This document shows positions 58,746-64,000 of a stretch of DNA of 64,000 bases, in pieces; within the stretch, counting starts at the first letter, position 1, and every line of letters begins with the position of its first letter. Both the position numbers and the translations under genes were made by a program. The stretch is from an uncultured Mollicutes bacterium. Its GTDB lineage: Bacteria > Bacillota_I > Bacilli_A > ML615J-28 > CAG-313. Under the pieces are notes generated by a model. It worked only from the letters and a program-made list of their open reading frames with translations. It did no database searches and was not told where the DNA came from. The stretch spans positions 73,855 through 137,854 of the forward strand of contig URLJ01000001.1 in the NCBI GenBank assembly GCA_900548675.1, given 5' to 3'.

Positions 58746-58976
58746 ATGAATAATCAAAAAACTAAAAAAAGAGTATTAAAGAAAGGTGTTGAAAAGGTAT
58801 TCAGTACAATTGTTGCTATTTGGTTTTTTTGGATAATGACTACAATTGACACAATAGACAACCCATTTAATGAAATTAAAAGTTATTTAATCATTACTGG
58901 AATATTAACAATACTTGCCTTATTTAGTTTCATAATGCTAATGAAATACTCTAATTTATTTGAAGATGCCGACTAG
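58746..58976 (+). CDS. small membrane protein (two TM helices)
   Basis: RBS AAAGGAAAGTG. Hydrophobic segments FFWIMTTI and ITGILTILALFSFIML. Confidence 0.4.
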   Translation: MNNQKTKKRVLKKGVEKVFSTIVAIWFFWIMTTIDTIDNPFNEIKSYLIITGILTILALFSFIMLMKYSNLFEDAD

Positions 58977-59119
58977 TGCATCTTTTTTTATTATTGCATC
59001 AGGTATAAAAAAAATAAAAAAAAATTGCAAAAAAGTATTGACTTTTGTTTCACAAAATGATATAATTATAATGGGAGAGAATAATAATAATATAAAAAAA
59101 GATCTAGGGGTGGATCTGA

Positions 59120-59141
59120 TGACACGCGTGGGTGAGTTGTA
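59120..59141 (+). repeat. conserved 21-nt motif copy 6 (TGACACGCGTGGGTGAGTTGTA)
   Basis: ORF-less unit behind promoter 59036-59064. Preceded by AGATCTAGGGGTGGATCT. Confidence 0.55.
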
Positions 59142-59238
59142 AGAAAGTTAAAAAAAATTAAAAAACTTTTAAAAAAGTATTGACTTTAATCTAATAAAGT
59201 GGTATACTTAATATGTAATCAAGAAAGGAATGAAAAAA

Positions 59239-59601
59239 ATGAATTATAGAAACTTTAAAATTGAAATGGAAGAAAAGGACTTAAAGAAAACAAACTTAAT
59301 CTATAAATGGTTAATAACTATGAAAGATGGAAAAGTTGCTACTTATGTTGGAATATCAACAAGACCACTTGATGAAAGAACAAAAGAACACATAAGAGAT
59401 AAAAGAACATATTTTGATAAGTTCTTAACTGAAAATGAAAACAATATCAAAAGTATTAAAATTGAGGTTGTAAAAGAGTTAAAAAGAAACTTTAAAGATA
59501 TGAAAACACAACTTGAAAAAAGAGAAACTAAACTTATAATAAAAGATAAGTTAGAAAATGCTTTTAATCTTAATAGTAAAATTGATAAAAGATTTGCATA
59601 A
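59239..59601 (+). CDS. GIY-YIG-like endonuclease (divergent)
   Basis: LIYKWLITMKDGKVATYVGIS...R...EH fits the GIY...YIG...R...H/E spacing loosely. Confidence 0.3.
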   Translation: MNYRNFKIEMEEKDLKKTNLIYKWLITMKDGKVATYVGISTRPLDERTKEHIRDKRTYFDKFLTENENNIKSIKIEVVKELKRNFKDMKTQLEKRETKLIIKDKLENAFNLNSKIDKRFA

Positions 59602-59780
59602 AAAGTATTGACTTTTAAAAAGATATTTGATATAATAATATTGTCAATAGGAAATGAACTTAATAAAAAAAATTAAAAAAGTTAAAAAAACTATTGACAA
59701 TATCAATTATATTTGATATAATAAATATGTAAATAAGAAAAGAACTTATTTACAAGTAGCAAAGAAAGGAAAGTGATATT

Positions 59781-60026
59781 ATGGCTACAAAAAAAGAATT
59801 ATTTAATGTAAAGGGTGTTGAAATGACAGCACACGAAAAAATGGTTTTTGATAAGGTTGTTGAACTTGCAAGACCAGTAAGTTATAAGGAAATTGCAAAA
59901 GAGTGCAACATTAGTGAAAAAAGTGCTTGTGCTACACTTGCAAGATTAAATGCTACAAAGGGAGTTTTGAAGAAAAACGAACCTATCAAAGTTACAACTT
60001 ATGAAATAAATGAAGATATCGATTAA
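59781..60026 (+). CDS. small winged-helix-like protein, family W paralog 4
   Basis: MATKKELFNVKGVEMTAHEKMVFDKV...SEKSACATLARLNATKGVLKKNEPIKVTTYEI. Confidence 0.45.
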   Translation: MATKKELFNVKGVEMTAHEKMVFDKVVELARPVSYKEIAKECNISEKSACATLARLNATKGVLKKNEPIKVTTYEINEDID

Positions 60027-60040
60027 GATATCTTTTTTTT
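60008..60040 (+). terminator. intrinsic terminator
   Basis: AAGATATC-gattaa-GATATCTT followed by T9. Confidence 0.5.
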
Positions 60041-60251
60041 TAGTGCAAAAAAAAATTAAAAAAATTTGCAAAAAAGTATTGACTTTATACTTAAAGAGTG
60101 ATATAATTATAATGGGGGAGAATAATAATATATAAAAAAAACGATCTACTTTTGGATCACAAAAAAATGAAAAAACTTTAAAAAAAATATTGACTTTATA
60201 CCATTTATTTGGTATAATATATATGTAAGATAAAGAAAGGAATGATTAAAA

Positions 60252-60464
60252 ATGAAAAAGAAAAGAGTGTTAAAAAGTTGGGTTAAGGAAACATTATTAT
60301 TTATTGCTTGTGGTATTGCTTTATTTGGTTGTTTCAAGTTATTACAATTACAAGACCAACACGAATACAATAAAGCAATTGAAAGATGTGGAAGTGTTGA
60401 AAACCTAAACACACACTACACACAACAAGGCGACAAATACTACACTTGCAAGGTTGAAAAATAA
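60252..60464 (+). CDS. small secreted/membrane protein with N-terminal signal-like segment and a conserved Cys pair
   Basis: MKKKRVLKSWVKETLLFIACGIALFGC... resembles a signal peptide; a lipoprotein reading is uncertain. Confidence 0.35.
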   Translation: MKKKRVLKSWVKETLLFIACGIALFGCFKLLQLQDQHEYNKAIERCGSVENLNTHYTQQGDKYYTCKVEK

Positions 60465-60571
60465 CCTTGTAAGTGATAGAAAAAAAACTTAAAAAAGTTT
60501 TAAAAAAGTGTTGACTTTATACCAATAGTATGATATACTATATATGTAATCAAGGAAAGGAAAGTGATAAA

Positions 60572-60841
60572 ATGATTACTAGAAACCATAAAAACATTAT
60601 GAAATATGCAAACATAATGACAAACATTAAAGATATTGCAAAAGCAACTAAACAAACTGAAAGTCAAGTTGAAAGTGCAATAATCACACTTGCAAGAAAA
60701 GACTTAATGACAAAGTCAAAAGCAAAAGAACTTTTGAAAGACAAGAAGTCAGTTAAGTTCATAGACTTGCCATTTGGAAGTAGACTTGCAAAACCACTTC
60801 CAGTATCAACTGAAAAAGTAAAGACTATTTATTGCAAATAG
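60572..60841 (+). CDS. winged-helix-like protein, distant family W member (paralog 5)
   Basis: ATKQTESQVESAIITLARKDL parallels the (S/T)xKSAIATLARLEK core. Own promoter at 60512-60540. Confidence 0.35.
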   Translation: MITRNHKNIMKYANIMTNIKDIAKATKQTESQVESAIITLARKDLMTKSKAKELLKDKKSVKFIDLPFGSRLAKPLPVSTEKVKTIYCK

Positions 60842-60874
60842 TCTTTACAAAAAAAATGAAAGGAATTGATTAAA

Positions 60875-61378
60875 ATGAGAAAAGCCGATAACCTACCTAT
60901 TAAATGGGTGTTAGATATGGACGACACACTAGCACACTTTCACGAACAAAAAAACGCACTTGAAAGATTTGCTACTGAAAAAAACTTCTTTAATATTTTG
61001 AAACCTAGTAAAATGACAAAGTTTATCAAACAACTTGTTGAACGCAACGAACTTGACGCAAAAGATATTTTTATTGTTAGTGCTTCACCTAATGAACAAG
61101 CCGACAAAGATAAACTACAATGGATTGAAAGACACTTGCCTGAAATACCAAAAAGTAACATTATGTTTACAAGACTTGGAGAAAATAAAGCCGAATTGTT
61201 TATCAATAAATACCACTTATCAAAAGATGACTTCAAGTATTTTATGCTAATTGATGACTACACAAAAAACCTTATTGAGTGGAAAAACTTTGGTGGAATT
61301 GCTAAAAAGTACATCAATGAATACAACAACACAACAAAGAACTATCTTAACTACAACATCAGTACAATAGTATTATAA
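60875..61378 (+). CDS. HAD-superfamily 5'(3')-deoxyribonucleotidase-like protein (paralog 2)
   Basis: DMDDTLAHF (HAD motif I). Collinear with the 47314-47790 product (ISASPN, WIEKYL/WIERHL, GENKAE, LLDDYTKNL/LIDDYTKNL). Confidence 0.5.
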   Translation: MRKADNLPIKWVLDMDDTLAHFHEQKNALERFATEKNFFNILKPSKMTKFIKQLVERNELDAKDIFIVSASPNEQADKDKLQWIERHLPEIPKSNIMFTRLGENKAELFINKYHLSKDDFKYFMLIDDYTKNLIEWKNFGGIAKKYINEYNNTTKNYLNYNISTIVL

Positions 61379-61391
61379 ATGATAAATCAAA

Positions 61392-61417
61392 AGACTAATA
61401 ACAAAGTCTTTTTTATT
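61392..61417 (+). terminator. intrinsic terminator
   Basis: AAGACT-aataaca-AAGTCTT followed by T6. Confidence 0.5.
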
Positions 61418-61428
61418 ATAATAACTAT

Positions 61429-61500
61429 AACACAAACAACACAAACACAAACACAAAGTCAAACACAAACAACACAAAGTCAAAGACAAAGTCAAACCAA
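61429..61500 (+). repeat. CA-rich microsatellite-like tract (ACACAAAC / ACAAAGTCAA units)
   Basis: Generates the low-complexity TQTQSQ track ORF 61379-61579, judged non-coding. Confidence 0.5.
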
Positions 61501-61733
61501 AATACTTAAAACACTATCTGTACCACCTAGCATAGCACGATACGAACAAAACGGAACAAAAAGACCAATTATATTATAAAGATAAAACACGCCTAAAAAC
61601 GCCCTTAAAATGCGTCTAGTGGTGTATTAAAAAAATAGGGTTGGATCGATAGGAAATAAAAAAAGACTTTTAGAAATTAAAAAGTCTTTTGCTACAAACT
61701 TATGTTTGCTATTTCTTGCAAGTTGCCAAACAC

Positions 61734-61747
61734 CGAACAAGTGTTTG
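61734..61747. promoter_or_regulatory. LexA Cheo-box-like site CGAACAAGTGTTTG
   Basis: GAAC-N4-GTTT. Confidence 0.4.
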
Positions 61748-61790
61748 AGTCTTAGCATTCTAATCCCGAGAGTGCCAACATAAACACGAA

Positions 61791-61805
61791 CGAACAAGCG
61801 TTCAG
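61791..61805. promoter_or_regulatory. LexA Cheo-box-like site CGAACAAGCGTTCAG
   Basis: GAAC-N4-GTTC with both half-sites perfect. Confidence 0.45.
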
Positions 61806-61829
61806 CTGAAGGGGGGATATGTTTAGTAA

Positions 61830-61850
61830 TGATACGCCTGGGTGCGTTGT
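61830..61850 (+). repeat. conserved 21-nt motif copy 7 (TGATACGCCTGGGTGCGTTGT)
   Basis: Direct sequence match. Confidence 0.5.
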
Positions 61851-61865
61851 TATGGGTGCATGCGT

Positions 61866-61980
61866 CCTATACGAAATCACATATTCAATTTTCTGTACCT
61901 ATACGAAATCACTTACTCAATTTCTGCTAGTTCACTCACTCAATTTCTCATTCCCGAAATCACTTACCCAGTTTCTACTT
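61866..61980. repeat. four iteron-like direct repeats (~30-bp period; core ATCACTTACTCAATTTCT)
   Basis: CCTATACGAAATCACATATTCAATTTTCTG, CCTATACGAAATCACTTACTCAATTTCTG, TTCACTCACTCAATTTCTC, CGAAATCACTTACCCAGTTTCTAC. Confidence 0.6.
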
Positions 61981-62259
61981 CTCGGGCTCTCCCTTTAGTA
62001 TTTTCAGAATACTTTCCTCTCTGTGTATAGCTATGTTACATTTTTCGTAAGCGCCTTGGCTATCATTTTCACAAAAAGTAATTCCTCTTTCAAGTTCATG
62101 AACTGCTTTCGCTATTATATCTTTCAATTCTTGGTTTTGTCTAGTCAAAATTCTTACTTTTCTTTCCAAGTCTTCTATTTTTTCATTTATTTGATAACCG
62201 CTAGCTACATCTCCATCAGGACTTGTGACTAAACATCCAGATTCATAATCATAAAACAT
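61975..62259 (-). CDS. hypothetical protein with coiled-coil segment
   Basis: 94-aa ORF. Last gene of the leftward operon. Confidence 0.35.
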   Translation of the reverse strand: MFYDYESGCLVTSPDGDVASGYQINEKIEDLERKVRILTRQNQELKDIIAKAVHELERGITFCENDSQGAYEKCNIAIHREESILKILKGEPEK

Positions 62260-62649
62260 TTAATCCACCAATCCGTAATCTTTTAATATTTTTACTAATT
62301 CCTGTCCAATTGCACGTTGCATTGGGTCGGGACTGCTTTTTAATTCATTTGCCTTATGCACCATTCCATCAATTTTGTCTTTTTGCATAAAATATCTACC
62401 ATAGTCGCCAGTCATATCGTTAAGCGGTGCGATTGGAATTCGTTTTTCTTTTGAAACAAGAAAAAGTGCCCTGTCATCAGCTTCTAGAGTTAGTTTCTCA
62501 TTTGGCTCGATTGCAAAATCTTCAACTCTGCCGCCAATAGTCTCTATCTTAACACTAACATTAACTTTGTAACTAGTAGTGGTAAAATCCATTGCTTGCC
62601 AATTATGAGTGTCGAAGTTTACATAAGTTGTATTAAATCCATTATTCAT
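62260..62649 (-). CDS. hypothetical protein
   Basis: 129-aa ORF translationally coupled to its neighbours. Confidence 0.35.
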   Translation of the reverse strand: MNNGFNTTYVNFDTHNWQAMDFTTTSYKVNVSVKIETIGGRVEDFAIEPNEKLTLEADDRALFLVSKEKRIPIAPLNDMTGDYGRYFMQKDKIDGMVHKANELKSSPDPMQRAIGQELVKILKDYGLVD

Positions 62650-63328
62650 TTAAGTCCTCCTCAAAAAATTTTTTTAGCCTTTCTTGGCACATACGCTCGA
62701 TTGGGTCGTTTGTTTCTTTCGTAATAAAATTAAAAAGTTTTCGGCAAAAATCATTACCATAAAGCCCAAGCATTTGCGTTGGTGTTGCAATTACACGTTT
62801 GTACCAACCTCCAGAATATTTTTCTATATATTCAATTCCATTTGGCGTAATACTAAGCTCGCCCGAATTTTGTATCACATAGTCATTAAGGTTATTTGTC
62901 ACATAAAACTGGTGTTCATCTTTTAGGTCGCATGCGGCAATAGATTTTCTTGGAACAACTTTAATTACAGGACTTGAGCTAAATATCGTAAGGACGTCAC
63001 TGTTTTGGACATTATCAATTGTGCCCATATAATCACGTACAGCGAAACCATTATAAGTACGCATTATAAGGCCACCTGCTCTATAAATATTGTTCATATA
63101 TCTAGCTAAACGGCATTCGTCTTTGTTATAGCAAAAAACAGGGATAGCACGCCATGGATTTTCATTAGTGATAAACAAAAAGTTGTCGGCATCCAAAATA
63201 CTAAATACAGGGTGATGGTAAGGAAATCCTTCACGATAGAATTTTTCTATGTCTTCTGGCGTTGATACGTCTGCCCATTTTTGCAATTCTATTAGGGCGT
63301 TGCGGATTTGATAGTCCAAACTAATCAC
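62642..63328 (-). CDS. hypothetical protein (228 aa)
   Basis: Long ORF overlapping its neighbours by 8 nt on each side. Confidence 0.35.
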   Translation of the reverse strand: MISLDYQIRNALIELQKWADVSTPEDIEKFYREGFPYHHPVFSILDADNFLFITNENPWRAIPVFCYNKDECRLARYMNNIYRAGGLIMRTYNGFAVRDYMGTIDNVQNSDVLTIFSSSPVIKVVPRKSIAACDLKDEHQFYVTNNLNDYVIQNSGELSITPNGIEYIEKYSGGWYKRVIATPTQMLGLYGNDFCRKLFNFITKETNDPIERMCQERLKKFFEEDLNE

Positions 63329-63665
63329 CTTGCTTTCCGGCTGCCATTGTGCGGATTTTGTCTAGTCCCCACATATGCTTCATAAACTCAATAATACACC
63401 AATTAACTTCAGTAATTTGGGCATCGGGTTTGTCTTTTTTATAATTAGCCCATATGTTGCATAAGCCCAAACTATATACAAGCAAATCATATAGCGTGTC
63501 TGTGTCATTTGAATAAACATATGTATTTTGGTCAAATGCCTTACATTTTTCGGCAAGGTCAAACACTTCATTGACCGTAAGCTCGGGTTTGTCTGTATCT
63601 ATTTTACCGATTAGGTCTTGCATAAGGGCATCTAATTCTATTTTAAGAGTTTCTCTTACTTTCAT
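63321..63665 (-). CDS. hypothetical protein (114 aa)
   Basis: RBS AAGGAGG upstream. Confidence 0.35.
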   Translation of the reverse strand: MKVRETLKIELDALMQDLIGKIDTDKPELTVNEVFDLAEKCKAFDQNTYVYSNDTDTLYDLLVYSLGLCNIWANYKKDKPDAQITEVNWCIIEFMKHMWGLDKIRTMAAGKQGD

Positions 63666-63689
63666 AACATAAACCTCCTTAGCTTTTTA

Positions 63690-63724
63690 AGAAAAAAACC
63701 TGCAAATTTTTATTCTTCTGCAGG
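63690..63724 (-). terminator. intrinsic terminator / attenuator
   Basis: CCTGCA-aatttttattcttc-TGCAGG followed, on the - strand, by T7. Confidence 0.45.
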
Positions 63725-63943
63725 CTTTTCTACTTTGGCATTTTTAGAGTCGAATTCGGCTTTAAAAACGGGATCTAATAAGCAAAGTAAATTTGCATAA
63801 GAATTAGCATAGCCGCTTTCAAATCCATTTTGGAAATTATCATAAGGACTAGCTTCCACATCTTCTTTTGTGAATAAGTCATTATCACTAATGTTTTCAC
63901 GAAGATAATTTGCTAAGTCTTTTAAGTTTTCTATTTTTTCCAT
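63710..63943 (-). CDS. hypothetical small acidic protein (77 aa)
   Basis: ORF with RBS GGAGTGAAG upstream. Confidence 0.3.
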   Translation of the reverse strand: MEKIENLKDLANYLRENISDNDLFTKEDVEASPYDNFQNGFESGYANSYANLLCLLDPVFKAEFDSKNAKVEKPAEE

Positions 63944-64000
63944 TTCTTCACTCCCTGTTAGTTAAGACTAACACCAATTATTGCATATCTATATCCTAAA

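Noticed and set aside
61379-61579. 66-aa TQTQSQ-rich ORF
   Set aside because: It arises from a CA-rich microsatellite (ACACAAAC units) directly after a terminator, with no RBS. It is probably non-coding low-complexity DNA.

Overview
This window reads as one large stretch of a low-GC tailed-phage genome, probably infecting a Firmicutes host. The host inference rests on AGGAGG-type ribosome-binding sites, an amidase endolysin with SH3b cell-wall-binding domains, and Gram-positive LexA (Cheo-box) like sites.

Layout, left to right:
1. 1-2000, + strand: a nucleotide-metabolism and recombination module with a partial dUTPase, ThyX and a RuvC-like resolvase.
2. 2000-44650, - strand: a long structural and lysis operon. 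In transcription order it runs from a terminase large subunit through portal, scaffold-like protein and major capsid protein, two paralogous tail-tube proteins, a 2597-aa tape measure protein and a run of very large tail, baseplate and fibre proteins (1421, 1529, 602, 1153, 638 and 380 aa) to endolysin and holin.
3. 44650-45340: a repeat-rich divergent control region.
4. 45340-61600, + strand: an extraordinarily modular early (host-takeover-like) region of about 45 short genes. Almost every one sits behind its own near-consensus TTGACT-N17-TATAAT promoter and in front of its own hairpin. It includes:
 - paralog families: five small winged-helix proteins, two DEDDh exonucleases, two HAD 5'-nucleotidases and two 120-aa proteins;
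 - two HNH and two GIY-YIG homing endonucleases;
 - a tRNA operon with Leu-TAG, Leu-TAA, Tyr, Gln and Val tRNAs and an initiator-like tRNA-Met split by a group-I-like intron that carries an HNH endonuclease gene;
 - a group-I-like structured RNA with no recognisable exons;
 - ORF-less promoter-driven units that share a conserved 21-nt motif, plus GC-rich GGAGCTG repeat islands;
 - gene-terminal inverted-repeat elements and seven LexA Cheo-box-like sites.
5. 61600-64000, - strand: a convergent module of small unknown genes, approached through four iteron-like direct repeats.

The most unusual content is the non-coding layer of the early region: the motif-bearing putative sRNA family, the GGAGCTG islands, the TTATGTAAAC...GTTTACATAA cassette-end elements, the Cheo boxes and the intron-rich tRNA locus.

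Every protein call is by motif or position only; no searches were run.
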